Source: an archaeon (GTDB lineage: Archaea > Nanobdellota > Nanobdellia > Pacearchaeales > GW2011-AR1). From it: a stretch of 64,000 nt of DNA. A model generated the notes under the pieces. It did not search any database. It was given only the letters and a program-made list of their open reading frames with translations, and was not told the origin of the DNA. Positions 26,923-37,253 of the stretch are shown one piece after another. The DNA lies in the NCBI GenBank assembly GCA_043797265.1, contig JAZDPV010000018.1, forward strand, positions 11,268 to 75,267, given 5' to 3'. The position numbers were made by a program, and so were the translations under genes. Numbering within the stretch: position 1 is the stretch's first letter; each line of letters opens with the position of its first letter.

Positions 26923-27288
26923 ATGTGGGATTATAAAAAACTTGATGTTTGGAAGAGGGCGATTGATTTGATTCCTGTTGTTTATGAGTTGACGAAGAAG
27001 TTCCCAAAGGAAGAGTTGTATGGACTTGTTTCTCAAATGAGGAGAGCGTTTGTTAGTGTTTCTGCGAATATAGCGGAAGGGTGTGGGAGAAGGACTGTTA
27101 AAGATTATGTTTCTTTTTTGTATAATGCTTTGGGGAGCGTGAAAGAAGTTGAGAGCGAGTTGTATGTTTGTGAAAAGTTGGGATATATTTCTGGGAATAA
27201 ATTGGATGATTTATTGAAAGAATTAGATGAGATTGGGAAAATGATTGTTGGTGTTATTAGTTATGTTTCTAGTAAAAATATTGAATAG
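26923..27288 (+). CDS. Four-helix-bundle protein (23S rRNA intervening-sequence protein family, TIGR02436-like)
   Basis: KLDVWKRAIDLIPVVYELTKKFPKEELYGLVSQMRRAFVSVSANIAEGCGRR...LGSVKEVESELYVC are the family hallmarks. Confidence 0.75.
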   Translation: MWDYKKLDVWKRAIDLIPVVYELTKKFPKEELYGLVSQMRRAFVSVSANIAEGCGRRTVKDYVSFLYNALGSVKEVESELYVCEKLGYISGNKLDDLLKELDEIGKMIVGVISYVSSKNIE

Positions 27289-27322
27289 ACAAATTTAAAA
27301 AGAAATTTTTGTTGTTGATTGT

Positions 27323-27721
27323 ATGACATTGAGTGAGGTGATGATTGCGAGCCCGAGGGTTTCTATCGCCGTTGTTTCGGTGATTGTGACTTTTGTTTCG
27401 ACGTTGGCGCATAAGTGGTTGACGAATCAGGAGCATATGAAAAGTTTGAAGGCGAGGCAGAAGGAGATTCAGAAGGAATTGAGGGGATGTAAGGATGTAA
27501 ATATTATGAAAGAGTTGAACGCGGAGATGATGAAGTTGACTGGGGTGATGATGAAGTCGTCGTTTCGTCCGATGTTCGTGACGATAATTCCGTTTTTGAT
27601 TTTGTTCGCGTGGTTGAGAAATATTTTCACGCCGACGATGAGCTCGATGTGGATTTGGTATTATCTTGGATTTTCAATAGTTGCTTCGATTATTTTAAGG
27701 AAGATTATGAGGGTTGCGTGA
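27323..27721 (+). CDS. DUF106 family membrane protein (Oxa1/EMC3-like insertase superfamily)
   Basis: TM, then a coiled-coil KARQKEIQKE...MKELNAEMMKLTGVMMKSSFRPMFVTIIPFLILFAWL, then a further TM. Confidence 0.65.
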   Translation: MTLSEVMIASPRVSIAVVSVIVTFVSTLAHKWLTNQEHMKSLKARQKEIQKELRGCKDVNIMKELNAEMMKLTGVMMKSSFRPMFVTIIPFLILFAWLRNIFTPTMSSMWIWYYLGFSIVASIILRKIMRVA

Positions 27722-28523
27722 TTTTTTTAATAAATTGTTTTGGGGTTAAGATTCCGAATTCGGAGATTACGCCTGTTAAATTTTTTAATTTTGTCTTGTC
27801 GAAGGCGGGATTGATGACTTGAATTTTTTTGTTTCGTTTGTCCCAAACTTCTTTCGAAGAACGTTTTTCTATTTTGATTTTTCTTGTGAATTTTTGTGAG
27901 ACGGCGCAAGTGTATCTTGGGATATTGTGAAGTTTTGCGAGTTTAACTAAAGTGTTTGTTCCGATTTTATTTGCTAAATATTTTTTTGTTATTGCGTCGG
28001 CGCCGAAGAGAAATAGGTCGCATTTTTTCAGGGATTGTTCGGCAGCGAGGTCGGGAGAAATTATTACTTTGATTTTTGCTTTGGCTAAATCTTTGGCTGT
28101 TTGCCGTCCTTGTAATAATGGTTCGACTTCAGTTGTGTAGACGACGAAATTCTTTTTTTGTTTTTTCTTGGCGTATTTTAAAATGTCAATTACCGTCGAT
28201 GAATGGCAGTGGGTGTAGATGTTCATGTTGTTTTTGATTAGTTGCGCTCCTTTTTTCGCGATTTTGTCGTGAGATTTTTTCAGGTCTGATAGAAATTTTT
28301 TTGCTGTCAGATGCGGGCGTTTTGATTTTAGAAGAAGTTTTATTGCGTTTTGCATTAGTGGTTCGGTCGGTCGTGTCCTGAGAATTTTTTTTGCGGATTG
28401 TTTTGTCGGAATTAGAAGGAAAGCTTTGATGCCAGCTTTGGCTACATTTTCGGCTCCTTGAATTTTTATTGATTTAATGTCGTCGAGAATTTTGTTGAAT
28501 TGTTTTATCGGGGGCTTTTTCAT
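27705..28523 (-). CDS. eIF-2B alpha/beta/delta family protein (candidate ribose-1,5-bisphosphate isomerase)
   Basis: THCHSSTV...TTEVEPLLQGRQTAKDLAKAKIKV...FGADAITK...NKIGTNTLVKLAKLHNIPRYTCA match the family motifs. Confidence 0.7.
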   Translation of the reverse strand: MKKPPIKQFNKILDDIKSIKIQGAENVAKAGIKAFLLIPTKQSAKKILRTRPTEPLMQNAIKLLLKSKRPHLTAKKFLSDLKKSHDKIAKKGAQLIKNNMNIYTHCHSSTVIDILKYAKKKQKKNFVVYTTEVEPLLQGRQTAKDLAKAKIKVIISPDLAAEQSLKKCDLFLFGADAITKKYLANKIGTNTLVKLAKLHNIPRYTCAVSQKFTRKIKIEKRSSKEVWDKRNKKIQVINPAFDKTKLKNLTGVISEFGILTPKQFIKKITQPS

Positions 28524-28592
28524 TTAATATTAATTAATGTTGGTATAAATATTTAACCAATAATTTATATATGTCTTTGTTTTCTTGTTTGC

Positions 28593-29447
28593 ATGATTGA
28601 GATGTTGGTTAAGCCGAAGCGGGCCGAGAGGCGTCCGTGGGAAATGTTTTTTATCGGGATGTTTTATGCGTCGGTGGCTTTGCTTTTGGTGATGTTTGTT
28701 TTCGGGAAGGATTCTATTTTGAAAGAGGGGTCGGGTTTATTGATTGTGATTTTCACGGTGGTTTGTTGTCTGCCGTTTATGTATTATATTATTAAATTAG
28801 AAGAGGGGAAGGATGTGGAGATTAGTGATTCGGGGCGGTTGATTAAAGAGCATTCGAAAGCTCTTTATGCGTTGATGTGGTTGTTCCTTGGATTTGTTAT
28901 TGCGTTCGCGTTTTGGTATATTGTTTTGCCGGAGTCGGCGGGGCAGAATTTTAATTTTCAGATAAAAACTTTTTGCGCGATTAATAGTCCGTCGCATTAT
29001 AATTATTGCTTAGAGCAGCACGGGATTCCTGTTGCGACTGGTGCAGCGACGGGGACTACTGCGATTTTGAATATTTTTTCTAATAATATTTATGTTTTGA
29101 TTTTTACGATTTTGTTTTCGCTTGCATTTGGGGCTGGGGCGATTTTTATTTTGGTGTGGAATGCGTCGGTTATTGCGTCGGCTATTGGGATTTTTGCGAA
29201 AGAAAACTTAATGAGTTTACCGATTGGGGTTTTGAGATACATGATTCATGGGATTCCTGAGATTGGGGCATATTTTGTGGGAGCTTTGGCTGGGGGGATT
29301 ATTTCCGTCGCTGTTATTCGGAGAGATTTGAAAGGGGAAGGGCTTTGGAGAATTCTGCAAGATTCATTGCTGATGATAATTATTGCGATTGGGATTTTGT
29401 TTGTGTCTGCTTTTGTTGAGGTTTATTTTACGCCGTTGTTGTTTTAG
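28593..29447 (+). CDS. SpoIIM-like (DUF95) integral membrane protein
   Basis: 6-7 TM helices. The C-terminal HGIPEIGAYFVGALAGG tract is typical of the stage II sporulation M-like family. Confidence 0.5.
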   Translation: MIEMLVKPKRAERRPWEMFFIGMFYASVALLLVMFVFGKDSILKEGSGLLIVIFTVVCCLPFMYYIIKLEEGKDVEISDSGRLIKEHSKALYALMWLFLGFVIAFAFWYIVLPESAGQNFNFQIKTFCAINSPSHYNYCLEQHGIPVATGAATGTTAILNIFSNNIYVLIFTILFSLAFGAGAIFILVWNASVIASAIGIFAKENLMSLPIGVLRYMIHGIPEIGAYFVGALAGGIISVAVIRRDLKGEGLWRILQDSLLMIIIAIGILFVSAFVEVYFTPLLF

Positions 29448-29490
29448 TTAATTTAGTTAATTTTTTAAGGGATGATTTGTAGATTAAATC

Positions 29491-30477
29491 ATGGAATATT
29501 TGTTTTTGATTTCAGTGTTGGTGAGTTTTTTGCTGACGATTTTGGTTTTGCCGAAGTGGATTAAGAAATGTCGCGCGATTGGGATGGTTTGGGAAGATAT
29601 GAACAAGTTTGGGCATCCGAAAAATGTTGCAGCGTCGGGTGGAGTTGTTGTGGTTATGGCGTTCGTGCTTGGGGTTTTGTTTTATCTTGCTTTGAAAACA
29701 TTTGTTTTTAGCGGGACGATTAAAGCTTTGGAAATTTTTACTTTACTTAGTGTTGTTTTGATTTTGGGGTTTGTTGGATTGACTGATGATTTGCTGGGAT
29801 GGAAAAATAAAGGGCTGTCCGTGAATATTCGGCTTTTGCTTGCGGTCGTCGCGTCGATTCCCCTGGTTGTTATTAATGCTGGGAGTCATCTCATGAATGT
29901 GCCGATTTTTGGGGCGGTTGAATTTGGGGTTTTGTATCCGTTGGTTTTAATCCCGTTGGCTGTGGTCGGCGCTTCCACGACTTATAATTTTTTGGCGGGA
30001 TTTAACGGGCTTGAGGCGGGGCAGGGAATTTTGATTTTGGGGTTCTTGTCTTTTGTTGCTTATGCCACTGGGGCGGGCTGGCTTGCGGTCGTCGGACTTT
30101 GCATGGTTGGGGCGTTGATTGGATTTTATTGTTTTAACAAAACACCGGCTTCAGTTTTCCCGGGGGATATTATAACTTATGTGATTGGAGCGTTGATTGC
30201 GGGGATGGCTATTCTTGGGAATTTTGAGAAAGTTGCTTTTGTTGTTTTTATTCCGTATATTATCGAGGTTATTTTGAAACTTCGCGGTGGGCTGAGAAAG
30301 CAATCGTTTGGTGTGCCTATGAAAAATGGGAAGTTGAAATTGCCTTATGATAAAATTTATGGGCTTGAGCATTTGGCGATTTGGGTTTTGGGTTCTGGCG
30401 CGACGGAAAAGAAAGTTACTTACTTGATTCATGTGTTTCAGATTTTGTTCATCTTGATTGCGTTTTTGATGTTGTGA
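29491..30477 (+). CDS. aglH: UDP-GlcNAc:dolichyl-phosphate GlcNAc-1-phosphate transferase family (GT4 MraY/WecA/AglH)
   Basis: Polytopic membrane protein with VGLTDDLLGW (the DDxxD/GPT motif) and a VFPGDIITY tract. Confidence 0.8.
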   Translation: MEYLFLISVLVSFLLTILVLPKWIKKCRAIGMVWEDMNKFGHPKNVAASGGVVVVMAFVLGVLFYLALKTFVFSGTIKALEIFTLLSVVLILGFVGLTDDLLGWKNKGLSVNIRLLLAVVASIPLVVINAGSHLMNVPIFGAVEFGVLYPLVLIPLAVVGASTTYNFLAGFNGLEAGQGILILGFLSFVAYATGAGWLAVVGLCMVGALIGFYCFNKTPASVFPGDIITYVIGALIAGMAILGNFEKVAFVVFIPYIIEVILKLRGGLRKQSFGVPMKNGKLKLPYDKIYGLEHLAIWVLGSGATEKKVTYLIHVFQILFILIAFLML

Positions 30478-30508
30478 GAATGTTTTTAAATGGGAATGGA
30501 TATTTGAA

Positions 30509-33202
30509 TTGATGGAGTATAATGATATAAAAAAATTTGTTTTAGAAATTGTATCTAATAAAAAATATCAGTGGATAGCGACGGTAATTGTTTTTTTGAT
30601 TGTATTATTTGTAAGTTCTTCTATTAGGACTTCAAACTGGGATTTACTAAATGATTCGACGACGGGAGAAAAAATTCCGATGGCGCTTGACCCGTTTTAT
30701 TTTTTGAGGGTTGCTGAAACTATTGTTGAAAATAATGGAGCGCTACCGCAGTTTGATATGATGAGGGCTGGTGGCATTGGTGTAGAATGGTCTTCAGAAA
30801 TAATGCCTCAGGTTGTTGTAGAATTATGGAAGATGTCTAGTATTTTTGGGGATTATACACTGAGGGAGGTTGATGTTTTTTCTCCTGTTTTATTTTTTGG
30901 GATTGGTTTGGTTTTATTTTTTATTTTGGTTTATGTTTTGACAAATTCTAAATTTGCGGGGGTTTTAGCGTCGACGTTTTTGGCTTTTGCTCCGGCTTAT
31001 CTTTATAGAACTATGGCTGGATTTGCGGACCATGATGTGATTGGGATGATTGGGTTTTTTGGAACATTATTGATTTTTAGTTTATCTATGAATTATTTAG
31101 ATAAAATGAAGGATAGAAATTTTATTGGAGTGGGAATTTATGGAGTTGTACTCGGGGCGTTAACTGCTCTTGTTATTGCAACATGGGGTGGTGCTACTAC
31201 TTTTCTTTTTATAATTATTCCTTTTGGATTTTTATTGTTTTGGATTGTCAAACTTAAAGATAAAAAAAGTGTAATTGGGGATGTTGGAATTTTATTTTAT
31301 GTTTCTTGGGTTATTTTTACTATTGTTTTTGCAATGTTGCTTGGTTATAATGCGATGAATGTTATTAATAGATTCATTAGTTCGACTGGAATTATTGGAG
31401 CTGCAACACTTGGGTTTATTGTTTTAGACAGAATTTTTATTGCCATTGAAGACAAGATTAAAACGAGAAAATATAATGAGAAATATCGAATATTATATGT
31501 ACTGGGAATTTTAATAATGGCTAGTTTTTTTGTGCTTCCATTGATAGGTAAGAATATTTTTGGTTTTTTGTGGGAAATTATAAATCGGTTACTCAATCCT
31601 TTTTGGGAGGCGTCGAGACTTGATATAACCGTTGCTGAGAATGCCCGAACTTATCTGACTAGTTGGATTGTAAATACTGGGAAGACCATGTTTTATTTGT
31701 TTCTTGCTGGGATTGTTTTTATAGGGATTGGATTTGTTAAAAATATTAAATCTATAAAGAATAAAATTTTGCTTTTATTTGGATTTTTGTTTATGGTTTC
31801 TGGAATATTGTTTAGCCAGATTTCTCCAAGTTCTGTTTTAAATGGAGCCAAGATTTTTGGCTTGAGTGGTTTATTTTATTTGGGTGGTTTTGGGATTTTT
31901 GCTTATTTATTTTTTAAGATATATTTCGAGGGTTGCGTTGATATTAATCCTATGATTATCGTTCTTTTTTCTTGGATGTTTGTAATGCTTGTTACTGGGA
32001 GGTCTACTGCTCGAATGTTTTTTGTTATAGCGCCATTTGTATGTTTTTGTGCGGCATATTTTGTAATTATGATTTTTAGATATTCTCAATTAAAAAGTAA
32101 GGATGAGGTATGGAATGTGTTGGTGATAGGACTTTTGATAATTTCTATTGTGGCCTCTTCGTTTGTTATTTATTCTTCTTATGGTTCTGCTTCTGAGCAG
32201 GCTAAGTATATGGGACCTTCGGCGGATGAGCAATGGCAACGAGCAATGGCGTGGGTTCGGGAGAATACTTCAAAGGATAGTATTTTTGCGCATTGGTGGG
32301 ATTATGGATATTGGGTTCAGACTCTTGGAGAAAGAGCGACGATTGCCGACGGGGGGCATGCTCAATCGCGATTTGATGGTAATCATAAAATAGGAAGATA
32401 TGTTTTGACAACTCCATCTCCCGAGACCGCTCTTAGTTTTTTTAAGACTTTTAATATTGATTATTTTTTAATTGATTCTACTGATCTGGGGAAGTATCCC
32501 GCGTATTCTGCTATTGGTGGAGGGAATGGGAGTGATGCGATGGACAGGTATGCGGTGATTCCTGTGATGTTGGCTGATGCGAAACAGACAAGGGAAACTG
32601 CTAATGGGACAATGATTGTATATGGTGGGGGTTCTTATTTGTTTGAAGATATTGTTTATAATCAGAGTGGAAAAGATATATTCTTGCCCTCGGGAAAAGC
32701 AGCTCTTATTGCAATTGTTATGGAGTTGAATGGTAATTCTTTGGGCCAGCCCGAAGCTGTTTATATTTATAATAATATTCAAACTCGAATCCCTGTTCGG
32801 TATGCTTATGTAAATGATCAATTGATTGATTATGGGGATGGGCTTGATGTTGTGATAGATATAATTCCTGTGGTTGATGGAAGTGGGACAAATCGAATGG
32901 GTGCTGTGATTTATTTATCTCAAAAGGTTTCGAAGAGTTTGTTTGCGCAGTTGTTTTTACTGGACGATGCGTTTGGAAATTATCCCACAATTAAAATTGC
33001 GCATACTGAGCCGAACTTGGTTGTTACTGCCATGAAGGCTCAAGGAGTTGATGTTGGTGATTTTGTTTATTATCAAGGGTTTAGGGGCCCAATTAAGATT
33101 TGGGATGTTCGTAATATTCCTGAAGAAATTAAAATTGTTGAAAAATTTAAGGAGCCGTTTAATGGAACGTTTGGGGCTTTGGATGGTATTGAATTTAAAT
33201 AA
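30509..33202 (+). CDS. aglB: Archaeal oligosaccharyltransferase AglB (STT3 family)
   Basis: 897 aa with an N-terminal 13-TM domain. The WWDYGYW motif (the STT3 WWDYG signature) is present. A C-terminal soluble domain follows. Confidence 0.9.
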   Translation: MMEYNDIKKFVLEIVSNKKYQWIATVIVFLIVLFVSSSIRTSNWDLLNDSTTGEKIPMALDPFYFLRVAETIVENNGALPQFDMMRAGGIGVEWSSEIMPQVVVELWKMSSIFGDYTLREVDVFSPVLFFGIGLVLFFILVYVLTNSKFAGVLASTFLAFAPAYLYRTMAGFADHDVIGMIGFFGTLLIFSLSMNYLDKMKDRNFIGVGIYGVVLGALTALVIATWGGATTFLFIIIPFGFLLFWIVKLKDKKSVIGDVGILFYVSWVIFTIVFAMLLGYNAMNVINRFISSTGIIGAATLGFIVLDRIFIAIEDKIKTRKYNEKYRILYVLGILIMASFFVLPLIGKNIFGFLWEIINRLLNPFWEASRLDITVAENARTYLTSWIVNTGKTMFYLFLAGIVFIGIGFVKNIKSIKNKILLLFGFLFMVSGILFSQISPSSVLNGAKIFGLSGLFYLGGFGIFAYLFFKIYFEGCVDINPMIIVLFSWMFVMLVTGRSTARMFFVIAPFVCFCAAYFVIMIFRYSQLKSKDEVWNVLVIGLLIISIVASSFVIYSSYGSASEQAKYMGPSADEQWQRAMAWVRENTSKDSIFAHWWDYGYWVQTLGERATIADGGHAQSRFDGNHKIGRYVLTTPSPETALSFFKTFNIDYFLIDSTDLGKYPAYSAIGGGNGSDAMDRYAVIPVMLADAKQTRETANGTMIVYGGGSYLFEDIVYNQSGKDIFLPSGKAALIAIVMELNGNSLGQPEAVYIYNNIQTRIPVRYAYVNDQLIDYGDGLDVVIDIIPVVDGSGTNRMGAVIYLSQKVSKSLFAQLFLLDDAFGNYPTIKIAHTEPNLVVTAMKAQGVDVGDFVYYQGFRGPIKIWDVRNIPEEIKIVEKFKEPFNGTFGALDGIEFK

Positions 33203-33265
33203 AATTGTATTTGGGACGTGGGCATGTTAAGAAAATTATAAAAGGTATGGTAGTTTGTAGTAAAA

Positions 33266-34372
33266 ATGAATTTGATTAAAATTTTTTTACAGTTTCCGTG
33301 GAGATATACTGATTCTTCTTATTATAAATATTTGAGGGAATTTCCACTAAAGAAAATTAGATATATTAATGAAAAAGATTTTAAATTTATTTTGAATAAG
33401 AATGAATTAAAAGTGAATAATTGGATAAAACAGTTAATAAAAAGATTAATTATAAAGTTTTGTTCGTCTATGTCGAATGCACATTATACGAGAATTAATA
33501 AAGAATACGATTTAATTCATTGTGCTCATTGTATTAGTAAAAATAAAAGTCCATGGGTTTGCGATATAGAATTTGTTGGTCAGTTTTGGGCGTCCGGACT
33601 TTGTGGGAATTCTTCTTCTAAAAAGCATATTATAAAATATATAATGGGGCCTTATTGCAAAAAAATTCTTGCATGGTCTAAATGGACTAGGAATGGAATT
33701 TTAAAAGAGTTCCCTGAAATCGAATGCAAATTAGATATTCTTTATCCAGCTGTTCCTCTTCGGGAGATGAAAAAACGTTCTTATTTAAAAATAAATTTGC
33801 TTTTCATTGGAAGAAATTTTGAGTTAAAAGGTGGCGTGGTTGCATTGGATATTTTTGATAAATTGACAAAAAAATATGATAATGTTAGCGCTACAATAGT
33901 TTCTGATGTCTCTAATGAAATTATTAAAAAATATGAATTAAATAAAAAGATTTTGTTTTGCGGGTTGATGCCCCATGAAAAACTTTTTAAAGAAATTTAT
34001 CCCAGGGCAGATATTTTTGTTTATCCTACTTTTTCTGATACTTTTGGATTTGCTATTTTGGAAGCTCAATCTTTTGGATTACCTGTTGTGGCAATGAAAA
34101 CTCGATCGACTCATACTATTAAAGAAACAATTTCCGAGGGGAAAACTGGTTTTATTGTTGAGAATTTAGAAGCTGATGCGGTTAATAAAATTGCCTCTGA
34201 AGAAGTTAAAAATCAGATAACTGGGAAAATTGAGGGGTTAATTACTAATAAAAAAAAATTGGGTGATATGTCGAAAAATTGCGTAAGAGAAATTGGGAGT
34301 GGGAAGTTTTCTATCAAAAAAAGGAATAAGAAATTAAAAAAGATTTATAGTGAGGCATTAAAATCTGAATAA
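33266..34372 (+). CDS. Glycosyltransferase, GT4 family ('glycosyl transferases group 1')
   Basis: VYPTFSDTFGFAILEAQSFGLPVVAMKT...EGKTGFIV is the EX7E-type GT1 C-terminal domain. Confidence 0.8.
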   Translation: MNLIKIFLQFPWRYTDSSYYKYLREFPLKKIRYINEKDFKFILNKNELKVNNWIKQLIKRLIIKFCSSMSNAHYTRINKEYDLIHCAHCISKNKSPWVCDIEFVGQFWASGLCGNSSSKKHIIKYIMGPYCKKILAWSKWTRNGILKEFPEIECKLDILYPAVPLREMKKRSYLKINLLFIGRNFELKGGVVALDIFDKLTKKYDNVSATIVSDVSNEIIKKYELNKKILFCGLMPHEKLFKEIYPRADIFVYPTFSDTFGFAILEAQSFGLPVVAMKTRSTHTIKETISEGKTGFIVENLEADAVNKIASEEVKNQITGKIEGLITNKKKLGDMSKNCVREIGSGKFSIKKRNKKLKKIYSEALKSE

Positions 34373-34433
34373 ATTTATCTTATAGGCATATTTTGAACTG
34401 ATAACTATATAAAATCATTTTAAATATATTGAC

Positions 34434-35363
34434 ATGGAACAATTTCGAACTCCCATTCTTTATTTGGCTTTTAATCGTTTAGATGTAGTTAAAAAAACAT
34501 TTCCGATAATTGTGAGACAAAGGCCAAAGAAGTTATTTGTAGCAGTTGATGGGCCTAGAACAAAAGAAGAAAAAAAGAAAACAGATGCTGTGAGAAAATA
34601 TATTTTAGATAGCATAGACTGGAAATGCGAGATGAAAACCAGATTTTTGAATAAAAATTTAGGATGCAAAAATGCAGTTTCTTTAGCAGTAGATTGGTTT
34701 TTTAAGAATGTAAAAAGGGGAATAATTTTAGAGGATGATTGTGCGCCAAGTGAAAGTTTTTTTAAATTTTCTGAAGAAATGTTGAATAGGTATGAAAAAA
34801 GTTCAAGGGTATTTAGTATAAATGGGTATAATTTTTTAAAGAAATTAGATATTAAAGAATCTTATTATTTCTCAAAATATTATGGATGTTGGGGATGGTC
34901 AACCTGGAGAGATAGATGGTTTGCTCAAGATAAAACATTAAATGATTATATAAATGATGTAAAAACTGGTAAATTTAAAAAAATATTTAAAAACCCAATT
35001 GAAAGAATTTGGGCGAAGAGTGGATTTCAAGATGCTTTATTGGGCAGGGTTAGTGCATGGGATTATTCCTTTGGATATTGGCATTTTAAAAATAATGGGT
35101 TATGTATAAAACCAAAGATAAATCTTCTAGAAAACATAGGATTTATGAAGGATTCAACACATACTTCAGGAAATTTTATAGATAACAAGTTTTATTGCTT
35201 TAGAAAATATGAGTTAAAATTTCCCTTAATACATCCAAAAGAAATAAAAGTAAATTCGAGTGATTCAAGAAGGTTTTTTTTAAAAATTTTATTAAGGGTG
35301 TTTCTAAAAAAAATATTTTTTTATAGGCGACTTGGGAATTGGGTTATATTTAAAAAATTATAG
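34434..35363 (+). CDS. GNT-I-like (GT13-type) glycosyltransferase, putative
   Basis: ILYLAFNRLDVVKKTFP...VAVDGP plus ILEDDCAPS (EDD motif) resemble the GlcNAc-transferase I / HlpA family. Confidence 0.5.
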   Translation: MEQFRTPILYLAFNRLDVVKKTFPIIVRQRPKKLFVAVDGPRTKEEKKKTDAVRKYILDSIDWKCEMKTRFLNKNLGCKNAVSLAVDWFFKNVKRGIILEDDCAPSESFFKFSEEMLNRYEKSSRVFSINGYNFLKKLDIKESYYFSKYYGCWGWSTWRDRWFAQDKTLNDYINDVKTGKFKKIFKNPIERIWAKSGFQDALLGRVSAWDYSFGYWHFKNNGLCIKPKINLLENIGFMKDSTHTSGNFIDNKFYCFRKYELKFPLIHPKEIKVNSSDSRRFFLKILLRVFLKKIFFYRRLGNWVIFKKL

Positions 35364-35369
35364 TTTGCA

Positions 35370-36140
35370 TTATTTTTTTATCATTATGCCTATGTGATCG
35401 TTATTTGTTATAGTTCCTTTTTCGGGCTTATCTTTCAAGAAATTTGTGCATGCCTTCTCTACCCCGGGTAAAAATTTCCATTGATAATCGTGAATTGCAA
35501 TCCTGGAATTTGTAACCATTTTGGGATAAACCTTATTAAAGCTATCAAGGATTGAGGTATAAAAATCACCATCAAAAAATGCAAAAGCTATTTTCTCAGG
35601 ATATTCTTCATTGGGTATTTCTCCAAACCATCCCGTATGGATTTTAGGCAATTTTAATTTTGCAAGTTTGAAATTATTAATGAGAACTTCTTTTTCTTTT
35701 TTACAAGATCCCTTTTCATATTGATATTCGGTATTACTTTTATCTTTATTATCTTTTTCTGGCAATCCCTCAAAAGAATCATAAACATGGAATTTTTTAT
35801 TGGTCCTATAATAATCAAGCAATTTTTGAATAAATAAAGAAGTTGTTCCGGCATTACAACCCAATTCGACGATATCTCCTTCGACATTGTCATCTAGTAC
35901 TTTTTTTAAATTAGTTAAAATAATTCTCATATGGTTCTCTGAAACCATTCCTGAAAGAATCATTGGATAATCCAGTAGTAGTTTTTCGATAATATTTTTA
36001 TTTTTTGTAATTCTAAAAATTATCCTTTTAGGGGTTTTTTCGATTTTTTTTAATTTTAAATAACCATATGTATAAGTTGCCCTAGTAATTCTAAAAATTT
36101 TTGGGTATTGTTTTAAGAATGTGATATATTTTTGATTCAT
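35370..36140 (-). CDS. TylF/MycF-family (macrocin-type) sugar O-methyltransferase
   Basis: GDIVELGCNAGTTSLF (SAM site) and FAFFDGDFYTSILDSF are characteristic of the TylF family. Confidence 0.7.
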   Translation of the reverse strand: MNQKYITFLKQYPKIFRITRATYTYGYLKLKKIEKTPKRIIFRITKNKNIIEKLLLDYPMILSGMVSENHMRIILTNLKKVLDDNVEGDIVELGCNAGTTSLFIQKLLDYYRTNKKFHVYDSFEGLPEKDNKDKSNTEYQYEKGSCKKEKEVLINNFKLAKLKLPKIHTGWFGEIPNEEYPEKIAFAFFDGDFYTSILDSFNKVYPKMVTNSRIAIHDYQWKFLPGVEKACTNFLKDKPEKGTITNNDHIGIMIKK

Positions 36141-36294
36141 TATGATTTATATTCTTAGTTATTTATAAGCATATTGCTTAATTAAATATTTTTATTAAAT
36201 CAATTAAGGTGATAGAAAAGTTTTATAAAAAGGGGTGATGTTGGTTCGCAATGGGGAAGCTGTTTAAAAATATAAAGAGGGGGATTGTAATTGG

Positions 36295-37230
36295 ATGAAA
36301 ATTAAACAATTACAATTTATAATTAAAAATAAAGAATTGACTCTTCATGGGTTTGAAGTAGAAAATCTTTTTAGAACATTAAAATTCAATTATATCAAAG
36401 CAATTTTTAATGATAAATGGAGTTGTTTAAATAAAAATAAAATGATAAAGATTTTATTAATTGCATTTACAAGAAAGTTATTTGGAAAACGAGGAATAAC
36501 CCCCGAAATGCAACGCGAAATTATGCCATATATAGCAAATATTGTAGATAAAGATATTCTTTTTATTAAGGTGATTTTTGATAATAATAAAAATTTGGTT
36601 TTTGATACACTGGATATAAACACAATTGATATATTGTACGATATAAATGATATTATTTATAAAAACCAATATAATATTTCGAAAGAGAATATGAAGGATA
36701 AGGTTGTAGTTGATTGTGGGGCAAACAAAGGAGTATTTAGTTTGTTTGCTGTTTTTCTCGGTGCTAAGAGGGTGTATTCTTTTGAACCAGTTAGTTTGTC
36801 TTATGCAAATATGGGAAAATCGATTAATTTAAATAAAGCAGAAGAAAAGATTTTTACATTTAAAAAAGCATTAGGAGAAAATAAATATAAAGATATTGTT
36901 TCATTTAGATATACTGGAGATGGCGGGGGACGGATCGACAATGAATTTCAATCTAAAAAGGATTGGAAAAATGAACCAGTAGAAGTTATAAGATTAGATG
37001 ATTGTAAGTTGGGAAAAATTGATTTTATAAAAATAGATACGGAAGGATTTGAAGCCAATGTTTTAAGGGGAGCAATGAAAAAAATAAAAAAATACAAGCC
37101 GATTCTTTCTTTTAGTGCATATCATAAACCAGAAGATAAAAAAGAATTACCTGAATTGGTAAATAGTATTAGACTAGATTATAAAATTGAATTAAATAAA
37201 TTTTCTGAAGAAGTTTTTTATTGCTCGTAA
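36295..37230 (+). CDS. FkbM-family methyltransferase
   Basis: VVDCGANKGVFSL...VYSFEPVS...IRLDD...IDFIKIDTEGFEANVLRG follows the FkbM domain pattern. Confidence 0.7.
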   Translation: MKIKQLQFIIKNKELTLHGFEVENLFRTLKFNYIKAIFNDKWSCLNKNKMIKILLIAFTRKLFGKRGITPEMQREIMPYIANIVDKDILFIKVIFDNNKNLVFDTLDINTIDILYDINDIIYKNQYNISKENMKDKVVVDCGANKGVFSLFAVFLGAKRVYSFEPVSLSYANMGKSINLNKAEEKIFTFKKALGENKYKDIVSFRYTGDGGGRIDNEFQSKKDWKNEPVEVIRLDDCKLGKIDFIKIDTEGFEANVLRGAMKKIKKYKPILSFSAYHKPEDKKELPELVNSIRLDYKIELNKFSEEVFYCS

Positions 37231-37253
37231 AAATTAGTTTTGGAAAATATATA

